Shown: piece by piece, positions 28,029 to 36,648 of the stretch
Numbering within the stretch: position 1 is the stretch's first letter
Layout: every line of letters begins with the position of its first letter
Source of the DNA: Spirochaetia bacterium
GTDB taxonomy: Bacteria > Spirochaetota > Spirochaetia > DSM-27196 > Salinispiraceae
Reading direction: 5' to 3'
NCBI GenBank assembly: GCA_038204425.1
Contig: JBBRCZ010000001.1
Span: forward strand, 32,001-96,000
DNA: 64,000 nt
Translations under genes and position numbers: made by a program
Notes under the pieces: model-generated
Seen by the model: only the letters and a program-made list of their open reading frames with translations
Told to the model about the DNA's origin: nothing
The model's database searches: none

Positions 28029-28721
28029 ATGAAGACCGAACTGCAAATACTGTCGGAGTATATTGATGGTGAGTTGCCGGTTGATGTTTCCAAACAATTG
28101 GAAAGCAGATTACGATCAGATCAATTGCTTTCACAAAAACTCGACTCGATGCGAAGTATTGGTCTGCAAAAAACCGACCTCAATCAAGATGCAGCCATAC
28201 AACAGTCCAGTGAACGCATCTGGCTGCGGCTACAATCTAGACTTGCTGACAAAAGACAGCCTGTTTCTAGGATCAATTCTTTGGTTCAGATACTGAAACA
28301 AAAAATTAGTATTCCGCTGCCGGCGCTCGCGGCAATGGCGGTTGTGGTATTTGCGCTCACCTTGTTTAGTTTGCCGCGCGCCACTACAAGCGGACCCAAC
28401 GAAGATAGTATCAGCAACAACAGATTAGAATTACCACGAGACCTTGTCAGTAGCGACTCTTTTCCTAGTAGGTCATTGGTCAGTGATTCAGCAACCCAAA
28501 CTTATCCCAGCGCAAACGATAGCACGGTACAAGTTACCTTTGAAGTGCAAAACATAAACGAGCTACTCAATCTCCTAGAAGGCAATGGAGAAATTCGAGA
28601 GTTGAGTATTAAGTTGCCACAGCTTAAGAGTATTCCAAAATCACGCGAGCCGGTTCTTATTCATTCAAGTGATTTGGTAAATGCCTCATTTAATCAAGCA
28701 AATGGTGGAGTCAGGCGTTAA
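28029..28721 (+). CDS. Membrane-anchored anti-sigma factor
   Basis: LSEYIDGEL N-terminal anti-sigma motif (no HxxxCxxC), one TM helix, directly after the ECF gene; AAGGAGG SD. Confidence 0.8.
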   Translation: MKTELQILSEYIDGELPVDVSKQLESRLRSDQLLSQKLDSMRSIGLQKTDLNQDAAIQQSSERIWLRLQSRLADKRQPVSRINSLVQILKQKISIPLPALAAMAVVVFALTLFSLPRATTSGPNEDSISNNRLELPRDLVSSDSFPSRSLVSDSATQTYPSANDSTVQVTFEVQNINELLNLLEGNGEIRELSIKLPQLKSIPKSREPVLIHSSDLVNASFNQANGGVRR

Positions 28722-29248
28722 TGATAATTTTGGCGACGATTAGGGTTAAGGCTTTTTTGGTGTGCCTATTCTTGTTGACTCAGCTTGCGTTTGCTCAACA
28801 AACCAAGCCGGCTCAGCCATCCGAGCCAATTGATAGTGAAATCAATAGCCAATTGGAAGAAATTAAAGCCAAGGCACTGATAGTCAAAGTTCATGCTAGT
28901 CTAGAAGGATCTCAGGGCACTGCTTGGTTTCAAGATTTGAAGCGATTGACCGTCCATGGATTGGCAGTCAGCCTTCGCATGGAAGGCGACGGCATGCTTA
29001 TCAACTTGCAACTGACGCCCTATCGGCAAGATGGTGAGCAGCTTTACCTGCTGTTACAAGCGCAAATTTGGTTTAAAGCACTTGGTAGTACTGTACTCCA
29101 GTACCATTCAACCGTTAAAGGCATTCGAACTAAAATGGGCGAGGCTGTTATTTTTTATCCGCTTGGACTCAAGGTTGAACCAGATGATCAGGTCATTTCG
29201 ATTCAGATTTTGGTCGGGCCGTATCAGCAACAAAGAACTATTCAGTGA
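28721..29248 (+). CDS. Hypothetical secreted protein in the ECF operon
   Basis: Signal peptide ending AFA; overlaps neighbouring stop and start codons. Confidence 0.75.
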   Translation: MIILATIRVKAFLVCLFLLTQLAFAQQTKPAQPSEPIDSEINSQLEEIKAKALIVKVHASLEGSQGTAWFQDLKRLTVHGLAVSLRMEGDGMLINLQLTPYRQDGEQLYLLLQAQIWFKALGSTVLQYHSTVKGIRTKMGEAVIFYPLGLKVEPDDQVISIQILVGPYQQQRTIQ

Positions 29249-30861
29249 AGCAGCGCTTAATTGAGATGGTTGCCAAAAAGCGCATTCCTTTTTCGTTGAC
29301 CCTGACCTTGATATCCATGGCACTGTTTTTATTGAGCTTCCTATTTCTTAGTCAAAGCCCACGACTTGATTTAATACAACCCTCCTTGGCTTCCAGTGGG
29401 AGTGAGCTGGTCCTTAGTGGTGCGCACTTTGGCGATAGCATAGAACAGGGTACAGTTAGCATTGCTGGAGAAAAAATCCCTCGTGCTTCGATCAAGAGTT
29501 GGGAATCTTCTAAGATTGTACTGACCGTACCACGAGAAGCTCGCACCGGTTCCCTGGTGGTTGAAACTTCACTTGGTCTAAGTAGAGGTATTCTGTTTAC
29601 GGTTAAGAACCGAATCCCAGAACTGATAGGAAACGCAGAAACAGCGAGAAGGGAAATCATTGAGACAATTGAACCAAGTCCAGTAATTAGGGGACAGATT
29701 GTTACTATTCGTGGCCGCATGTTTGGCAATTCTGCCGCTGGTCGACACGTTTTTGTAAACGGTATTGCTGTAGCAGAAGAAGACCTAGTTTTCTGGTCAA
29801 ATTCAGAACTCAGGTTCATCATGCCAGCAACAAGTTTGAATTCAAATCAGGCTGTACTTAGCATAGGAGATTTGGCTGCCCGAGAGCCAGAGTCAACCTT
29901 TTCTCTTTCAGTGTCTCTATCACGTCAAGTATTTGAGTCCGAAGCAAACTACTTGATTAGCATTGCAACGGAGATAGGCGAACTTGAGATTTCCAAGTCA
30001 AACGAAGCATCTCTGATTGTCTATTTACCCAAGGTCTTGAATGATGTTTCTCAGCACGTACTTAGTGAGAAGATTGACGGTTCAGGCGAAAAGTTGGATC
30101 GCATTTACGGTTTACATGCCTTTAGTTTATCGCAACCAGATCCAATTAGAAACTACAAATTTGAGGTTCAAACCAGTGTAAGCACCAGATCGAGCTCATT
30201 GATAATAGATGGTGATCCAAAATTGAGTCTGGAAGCAAACTTGAGCGACCTTAGTGCCTTTTTAAGTTCCAGTCCTTTGGTCCCCCTAGGTGATCCAAAA
30301 CTCAAAAAATTTGTCAAAGATCTTATGCCGGCCAATGTCTCACTTTTAGAAAAATCACGTTTGCTCTATGAGGCAATTTTACAAAATATAAGTCCTAGCG
30401 ATCAAGAAGGACTGGGTTTTGCAGCTCAGGTTCTTATTGACAGGAAGGCGGGTGCTTTTGGCTACGCCAACTTGATGGTGGCCTGTGCTCGCTTGGCAGG
30501 GGTTCCAGCAAGATTAATTGGCGGGGTACGTGATAATGGCAATTCCCTGGGTTTGGATCACTATTGGGCAGAGCTCTTGATACCTGGAATTGGTTGGATC
30601 AACGTGGATCCCTACCTTGCGGATCACACATCCTCAGTAGGTCGCACGCAAGCTCGTGCCAATTTCTATTTTGGCGGCATCGATAAAAAACGCGTCGCAT
30701 TGATGCGTGGGGATGAGAAAAGTGCTTTGACTCGCAATGACAGCGGTACCAGAAAAATCTTTCAACGATTCATTCTAATGGCCGCACATGCTGAGTCCGG
30801 TGATGGCATTGACTCGTACGGACTTTTTATTCCAGAAGTGAGCATGCGCGAAGCTCTTTAG
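29245..30861 (+). CDS. IPT/TIG x2 + transglutaminase-like domain protein (catalytic Cys apparently replaced)
   Basis: TIG repeats (LVLSGAHFG; VTIRGRMFG); TGase-like YANLMVACARLAGVPAR, HYWAE, GWINVDP. Confidence 0.85.
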   Translation: MKQRLIEMVAKKRIPFSLTLTLISMALFLLSFLFLSQSPRLDLIQPSLASSGSELVLSGAHFGDSIEQGTVSIAGEKIPRASIKSWESSKIVLTVPREARTGSLVVETSLGLSRGILFTVKNRIPELIGNAETARREIIETIEPSPVIRGQIVTIRGRMFGNSAAGRHVFVNGIAVAEEDLVFWSNSELRFIMPATSLNSNQAVLSIGDLAAREPESTFSLSVSLSRQVFESEANYLISIATEIGELEISKSNEASLIVYLPKVLNDVSQHVLSEKIDGSGEKLDRIYGLHAFSLSQPDPIRNYKFEVQTSVSTRSSSLIIDGDPKLSLEANLSDLSAFLSSSPLVPLGDPKLKKFVKDLMPANVSLLEKSRLLYEAILQNISPSDQEGLGFAAQVLIDRKAGAFGYANLMVACARLAGVPARLIGGVRDNGNSLGLDHYWAELLIPGIGWINVDPYLADHTSSVGRTQARANFYFGGIDKKRVALMRGDEKSALTRNDSGTRKIFQRFILMAAHAESGDGIDSYGLFIPEVSMREAL

Positions 30862-31031
30862 CCAAAATTAGATTAGCTAGTACTGAATCACTTTATATGC
30901 CATATTTTCGTGCCGATAAGGTATACTATAAGAAGGCTATGTAAGCTTTAGGCACGGATGTCTTGTTTTGAGCATTGACGATGTGTTTCGGCTCCTTTAA
31001 ACTGAACTGAACGGAGATGGACCAGTAAAAG

Positions 31032-32261
31032 ATGAGTAACCCCCTACAGCTTTCCATCGTTACCTTCAACAAAGGCGCCTATATTACTGTAGAAGGCAAG
31101 GCAAACGCCGATCAGTTTTATATTGTCCGCACCGGTAAGGTGCAGGTATCAAAAGAAGTACAAGTTGTTTCGGAAGAGGGTGGAAACATCCTCAACCCAG
31201 GCGATTTTTTTGGCGTTGTTGCGACTATGTCTGGGCACTCGCATATAGAAACTGGACAGGCTATCACTGACGTTAGCCTTATTGCCGTTTCGCGAGACAA
31301 GTTTGATCTCTTGATCGAAAAAAATACGCCTGTAGCAATGAAGATTATTGAAAGTTTTAGTAAGCAGCTACGCCATTTTGACGAGGCGCTAACTAGACTT
31401 ACCCAGAAAACAATTAAAACTGAGAGCGAACCCAGCCATCTGTTTCGTATTGGTGAGTTTTATGCCCGGCAAAATCAGTTTAACCAAGCCTATTATGCTT
31501 ACTATCAGTTTCTAAAGCTTTGCCCAGGTGATGAAAATGCTGCCAAAGCTCGCGAACGACTCGCAAAGATTAAGCCATATTCCAAAGCAGTTTTTCTCGA
31601 CGGAGACGATAAGGTCTTTACTCGTGAGTATCCAAAAGACAACATGATCTTTGCTGAAAACATGCCAGGAAAAGAACTCTACATTATTCAAAAAGGGACT
31701 GTCAAAATAACCAAGATAATGGGCGAAAATGAAGTTTTGCTTGCGGTTTTAAAGCCTGGAGATATCTTTGGCGAGATGAGCCTGATAGAGAACAAGCCGC
31801 GCTCGGCGAGTGCTATAGTGATGGAAGACAGCGTTATGCTTGCTGTCAATAAAGAAAACTTTGCGCGAATGGTAACATCGCAACCACAAATCATTACTCG
31901 GCTCACAACTCTTTTGGCTAAACGCATGTGGCTCATTTACAAACAGCTGGCCAACACGCTCATCTCTGACCCAGTGGGTAAACTATGGGACTATCTTTTT
32001 ATTCAACTCGAGCAGCAACGAGTTCTACTCAAACGCGGTGACAACTTTACCTTTTCTTTTGGTGTACGTGAAATTGGACCGATGGTTGGATTGCCGCCAG
32101 CTGTCGGTAATACTGCGGTTATGGAACTACTTAAAAGCCCAATCATCAAAAATATTGACAATAGGATTGTGTGTACCGACGTAGAAGGGCTATCAAAACA
32201 AGCTTCGTTCTATAGAAAAATGCAAAGAATCGAGCTCGCAAAACGAGAAAACAAACGTTAG
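31032..32261 (+). CDS. Crp-like protein with two cyclic-nucleotide-binding domains separated by a TPR
   Basis: CNB1 FYIVRTGKV..PGDFFG; TPR HLFRIGEFY..QAYYAYYQFLKLCP; CNB2 IFGEMSLIENKPRSASA. Confidence 0.88.
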   Translation: MSNPLQLSIVTFNKGAYITVEGKANADQFYIVRTGKVQVSKEVQVVSEEGGNILNPGDFFGVVATMSGHSHIETGQAITDVSLIAVSRDKFDLLIEKNTPVAMKIIESFSKQLRHFDEALTRLTQKTIKTESEPSHLFRIGEFYARQNQFNQAYYAYYQFLKLCPGDENAAKARERLAKIKPYSKAVFLDGDDKVFTREYPKDNMIFAENMPGKELYIIQKGTVKITKIMGENEVLLAVLKPGDIFGEMSLIENKPRSASAIVMEDSVMLAVNKENFARMVTSQPQIITRLTTLLAKRMWLIYKQLANTLISDPVGKLWDYLFIQLEQQRVLLKRGDNFTFSFGVREIGPMVGLPPAVGNTAVMELLKSPIIKNIDNRIVCTDVEGLSKQASFYRKMQRIELAKRENKR

Positions 32262-32273
32262 TACCATCGTTAA

Positions 32274-33557
32274 TTAGATTAGCTCCATTGTTTTTTGTAT
32301 TGATTGCGCAAGGCGATCTAAGGCTTTGGCGCTATGTCTATTTCCAATAAAGCACGCTTCAAACTGCGAAGGCGGAAAGTATACAGCCTTAGCCAGCAGT
32401 GCATGGAAAAATCGGCCAAAAAGCAAACTGTCACTTGCAAGGGCATCACTTAAGTTGTTGACCGGCCTTGGGTTTGCAAAGATGGTAAACAGGCTTTGAC
32501 ATTGAGCGAGTCCAAAACGAGTTTTATCAATTGCGCGATCAAGTTTTTGATAGAAAGCGGCGCTTTTTTCGGCAAGTTGCTGGTAGGTCTCAGGGTTTTT
32601 TAACTGTTTTAAGACTTGATAGCCGGCTGCCATAGCGAGTGGATTGCCTGAAAGTGTCCCGGCCTGATAGACAGGTCCAAGTGGTGCTATAAGCGTCATA
32701 AGTTGTTTTGACCCACCATAACAGGCAGCTGGCAGACCCGCACCTATAATTTTACCTAAACAGGTAATATCAGGAACTATGCCAAAGACTGCTTGAGCAC
32801 CGCCCCAAGCCAAGCGAAAGCCTGTAATTACTTCATCAAAAATAAGTAAAGAACCATGTGCTGTGCAAAGACCGCGTAAGCATTGCAAAAAACCGTGTAC
32901 TGGTAAAATTAGGCCCATGTTGGCAGCGACCGGCTCCACTATTACGGCGGCTACCTGAGTACCTTTTTCTAAAAAAAATCGCTTGAGCGCCTCACTATCG
33001 TTATATGGTAAACTTACGGTGTTTTGAATCTGATCCTGGACAATACCACTACTCGCGCTACTAACTTGGTTTAAGACGCCAGAACCGGCTTTTACCAAAA
33101 GACTATCAACATGGCCATGGTAGCAGCCATCAAATTTTACAATCAATTGTCTGTTGCTGGCTGCGCGCGCCAGTCTGATTGCGCTCATGGTGGCTTCCGT
33201 GCCGGAACTAACAAAACGCATCATCTCCATGCTTGGAAATGCATCCTTTATAAGCTCCGCCAGTTTGTTTTCTTGTATGCTTGGAGAACCCAACGAACAA
33301 CTTAGTTTGCATTGAGACTGAATAGCCTTTACTACTTTTTTGTTGCCGTGGCCAAGAATATGCACACCCCAGCTTTGCACGAGGTCTAAGTAGGGCTTGC
33401 CACTAAGATCAAAGAGATAGGCGCCCTGGGCTTTTTTGAAAAATAATGGATTGCCGCCAACCGCAGCAAAGCTTCTTACGGGGCTGTTGACCCCGCCAGG
33501 AAAAAGCTCTTTGGCCTGGGCAAGAGCCTGTGCTTGTTTGTCTGCGCCCGGTGGCAA
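32274..33557 (-). CDS. hemL: Glutamate-1-semialdehyde 2,1-aminomutase
   Basis: PGGVNSPVR, SSGTEATMSAIRLAR, FDEVITGFR, PLP lysine in LGKIIG, YQAGTLSGNP. Confidence 0.97.
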   Translation of the reverse strand: MPPGADKQAQALAQAKELFPGGVNSPVRSFAAVGGNPLFFKKAQGAYLFDLSGKPYLDLVQSWGVHILGHGNKKVVKAIQSQCKLSCSLGSPSIQENKLAELIKDAFPSMEMMRFVSSGTEATMSAIRLARAASNRQLIVKFDGCYHGHVDSLLVKAGSGVLNQVSSASSGIVQDQIQNTVSLPYNDSEALKRFFLEKGTQVAAVIVEPVAANMGLILPVHGFLQCLRGLCTAHGSLLIFDEVITGFRLAWGGAQAVFGIVPDITCLGKIIGAGLPAACYGGSKQLMTLIAPLGPVYQAGTLSGNPLAMAAGYQVLKQLKNPETYQQLAEKSAAFYQKLDRAIDKTRFGLAQCQSLFTIFANPRPVNNLSDALASDSLLFGRFFHALLAKAVYFPPSQFEACFIGNRHSAKALDRLAQSIQKTMELI

Positions 33558-33568
33558 ATGTTTGTGTT

Positions 33569-34564
33569 TTATAACGTGTTCCTTGCCAATAAATAGTCTT
33601 CGGCTGCATAGCTGAGGATCAAGTCGCTTCCTGCTCGCTTAATAGCTGTGAGTGTTTCTTCTAATGCCAATCGGTAATCTATGACACCTGCAGCCGCCGC
33701 CGCTCTCAGCATCATAAATTCACCAGAGGTATGATAGGCTGCCAAGATGATATCTGGAAACTTGTTCTTGGCTCTGGCAACTAGATCAAGATAGAGTAGA
33801 GCTGGTTTTATCATTACAGCAGTCGCGCCCTCTTCAATATCAGCTTCAATTTCGCTGATGGCCTCTTGTGGATTGCGGTAATCCATCTGGTAAGTCTTGC
33901 GATCTCCAAAACTTGGGCTCGAGCCAGCTGCCATTCTAAACGGGCCATAAAATGACGAAGAAAATTTGGCTGAATATGAGAGTATGTTAACGTTTTTTTG
34001 GTCGGAACTCTGATAGCCGTTCTCAGCCAGAAGTGTTTTGATCGCTAGAACCTGTCCATCTATCATTGCCGACGGTGCTACCCAGTCTACACCCGCTTGG
34101 GCGTGAGCAAGGGCCATTTTTGCAAGAGCGGCAGCACTGGGGTCATTGTCAAGGTGTATCTTGTCGGGCCCAATTATTCCACAATGACCATGGCTGGTGT
34201 AGGCGCACAGGCAAATATCACTGTAGACAATTAGATTCGCAAAACTGTCTTTAATGAGTCTTATAGCCTGGCAAACAATACTTGATTCTTGCCATGAGGC
34301 TTCTGCGTTGAGACTTTTTTTTTGATGATTGACTTGACCAAACAAGAGCACTTTGTTGATCCCCAAAGTAATAAATCGCTCGAGATAACTTAGCAGTCTA
34401 TCAAGACCTACGTGCATGGTTCCATCTAAGCCAACAATTGGGTAAAACGCTGTTCGGTCTTCCACCAAAAAAATAGGCTGAATAAAGTCGAGGGCTGAGA
34501 GGGAAGTTTCTGCAAGAGCATCACGCGTTGCTTGGTCGATGCGTCGCTGATGAAAGCGTCTCAT
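33569..34564 (-). CDS. hemB: Porphobilinogen synthase (Zn-type)
   Basis: DICLCAYTSHGHCG, YSAKFSSSFYGPFR, DRKTYQMD, MIKPAL; ATGA overlap with the upstream gene. Confidence 0.96.
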   Translation of the reverse strand: MRRFHQRRIDQATRDALAETSLSALDFIQPIFLVEDRTAFYPIVGLDGTMHVGLDRLLSYLERFITLGINKVLLFGQVNHQKKSLNAEASWQESSIVCQAIRLIKDSFANLIVYSDICLCAYTSHGHCGIIGPDKIHLDNDPSAAALAKMALAHAQAGVDWVAPSAMIDGQVLAIKTLLAENGYQSSDQKNVNILSYSAKFSSSFYGPFRMAAGSSPSFGDRKTYQMDYRNPQEAISEIEADIEEGATAVMIKPALLYLDLVARAKNKFPDIILAAYHTSGEFMMLRAAAAAGVIDYRLALEETLTAIKRAGSDLILSYAAEDYLLARNTL

Positions 34565-36648
34565 AAATGTGAGTCCAGCGCAGCCTGGGTTTGTCTCCCG
34601 CGGCAATGCACAAGCACACGCTTCCACCAAGCAAGCGAGCGACTCGATTTGCTGTCAAGTTCTGGGAAAGAAGCAAAAAAGCTCTCAACTGTGGATGGCG
34701 AAGTAAAGACAACATGGTCATAGCGCTCAAGTTCGTCAAACGAGCAATGTGACGCTTGGTTAATCTCCACTGTATGATAGATGTTTATGCATGCTACTTG
34801 GTGGCTCCTCTCGGAAAGCAAGCGCGGGATAAGGTCCAAAGCCTTATCAGAACGAGGTAATAAGATTCGTTGGTTACCTTGGTTTTGATTGCAAAAAGCT
34901 TCTACCAAGCCTTGAGAATCTTCTTGCTCTGCCGTTAGATCAGCAATTAACCCGTAATGTGCCAGCGCCGCTTTGGTGGTCTGTCCAATAGCTGCTACTT
35001 TAACACCGTGAAGTAGCCTGAGGTCCAATGTTCTTTTTTTGAGCAGGTTTGTATAAGCTTCAACAGTATGGCGGCTGGTAAAGATTAACCAATCAAAAGG
35101 CATTGGTTCTTTAAACAGCACCGTGAGAGCCGGGGCAGCAATTTCTTGTTCGTTTAATGGCTGAATAGCTATAAAGGGAAGGTGAGTGACCCTAGCTAAG
35201 CCAATGCCGAGCCGCTTTATTTGGTCTTGCGTCGCAAGGTCGGGACCAGTCCATAACACGCGTGGTTGGCGGTCAAACCAGTCGTTTCCGGCGCGTTGAT
35301 CGACGGTAGGCCCACCGATTAGCAGAATCGGTCCGTCGCCTTCCGGCAAATCTTGACTTGGTAGTTCTGCCAAGCTTACTAGTTTAGTGATTTGGTCCTT
35401 GGCCGCAGCGTTGCGAACCCAGACAAAATTGGTCTTGTCAGAAAGTCCTGCGTCAAACGCTTTGGTCCGAATTTCTTCCCTGGCTTCTGATGCCATAAAA
35501 AAAACGTTGGTGTCGGCGTAAGTCCAATTTATTTTTTCTGCAGGCCAAGCATTTATTAAGCTTACACTAGTTGCTTTGCCGCGCTCACTTAATGGTATAC
35601 CTGCAAATGCGGCTGCCGCTTGAGCAGAAGAAATCCCCGGTATGAGTTGGTAATCGACCAAGCGGCGCCCGAGAAATGCGGCTTCTTCACTGCCTCGCCC
35701 AAAGACCAAAGGGTCTCCACCTTTTAACCTGACAACATTCTTGCCTTCAAGCGCTGCCTCATACATGATTTGATTGATCTCGTCTTGCTTTTTTTCATGG
35801 ACTTTTTTTCGCTTGCCGACGTAAACGGTTTCGGCTTTGATGCCTGCAATAAGACTCAAATCGAGTAAGGCATCGAAAAAAACCAGGTCGGCTTGGTCGA
35901 CTAGTTTTTTTCCCCATTGACTGATCAGCTCAGCATTACCAGGACCCGCTCCAACTAAACTCACAGCTCCCCATTTCTTTCGTACGTCCAGACCAGCAAA
36001 GTTTTGCTTCATTCGAGCGTAATTCTGCCTACCGACGAGTGCAAGCTGGCCTTGTAGCGGATGGGTTTGTAGTGGCAAATGCGTTCCCGGGGGCAGATTT
36101 AGGCGCTTTAACGCACAGGCGGCAACTACAATGGCGTCAATCTCATTGCTCTGCAAATAGCTTAATCGTTCGGCAATGGTACCGCGCACGCCCACAATGT
36201 CTAAATCTGGGCGCAGAGCAAGCATGCCGTCTCGTCTTGTTGGCGAACTTGTGGCCACGCGGGCACCATGAGGTAAATCTTGCCAAGTGTAGTTGTGCTT
36301 ACTGCAAAGTTGGTCATGTGCTAGACTCGCCAAACTAAGCGCCCACACGCTAAGACCTTGAGCCAATGGCCACGGCAGGTCTTTGGCAGAATGGAGTGCA
36401 CAATCACATTCGCCTTTAAGCACTGCAAGATCGAGGTCCCGGGTAAAAAAATCTTCGTCCGTTGCGCCATCCAACAGCGACGTTTTTTTGTCTCTGTCAC
36501 CCGGACTTTCAAGCAGAACAGGCACAAAATGAAGTGTTTGTTTAAATAGGAGAGCATTATAGGCTTGGACAAACTCACTAAACTGGGCTTGTGACAAGGG
36601 ACTCGATCTTATAGCAACTTTTATTTCTGACAGTTCTTGCCCCCTCAA
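34561..36648 (-). CDS. cobA: Triple fusion: truncated hydroxymethylbilane synthase (HemC) + uroporphyrinogen-III C-methyltransferase (CobA) + uroporphyrinogen-III synthase (HemD)
   Basis: HemC motifs RSSPLS, HSAKDLP, TSSPTRR, RGTIAERL (aa 1-222); CobA LVGAGPG, RLKGGDPLVFGRG, IPGISSA; HemD WLIFTS, AIGQTT, VFTSPSTV. Confidence 0.92.
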   Translation of the reverse strand: MRGQELSEIKVAIRSSPLSQAQFSEFVQAYNALLFKQTLHFVPVLLESPGDRDKKTSLLDGATDEDFFTRDLDLAVLKGECDCALHSAKDLPWPLAQGLSVWALSLASLAHDQLCSKHNYTWQDLPHGARVATSSPTRRDGMLALRPDLDIVGVRGTIAERLSYLQSNEIDAIVVAACALKRLNLPPGTHLPLQTHPLQGQLALVGRQNYARMKQNFAGLDVRKKWGAVSLVGAGPGNAELISQWGKKLVDQADLVFFDALLDLSLIAGIKAETVYVGKRKKVHEKKQDEINQIMYEAALEGKNVVRLKGGDPLVFGRGSEEAAFLGRRLVDYQLIPGISSAQAAAAFAGIPLSERGKATSVSLINAWPAEKINWTYADTNVFFMASEAREEIRTKAFDAGLSDKTNFVWVRNAAAKDQITKLVSLAELPSQDLPEGDGPILLIGGPTVDQRAGNDWFDRQPRVLWTGPDLATQDQIKRLGIGLARVTHLPFIAIQPLNEQEIAAPALTVLFKEPMPFDWLIFTSRHTVEAYTNLLKKRTLDLRLLHGVKVAAIGQTTKAALAHYGLIADLTAEQEDSQGLVEAFCNQNQGNQRILLPRSDKALDLIPRLLSERSHQVACINIYHTVEINQASHCSFDELERYDHVVFTSPSTVESFFASFPELDSKSSRSLAWWKRVLVHCRGRQTQAALDSHL

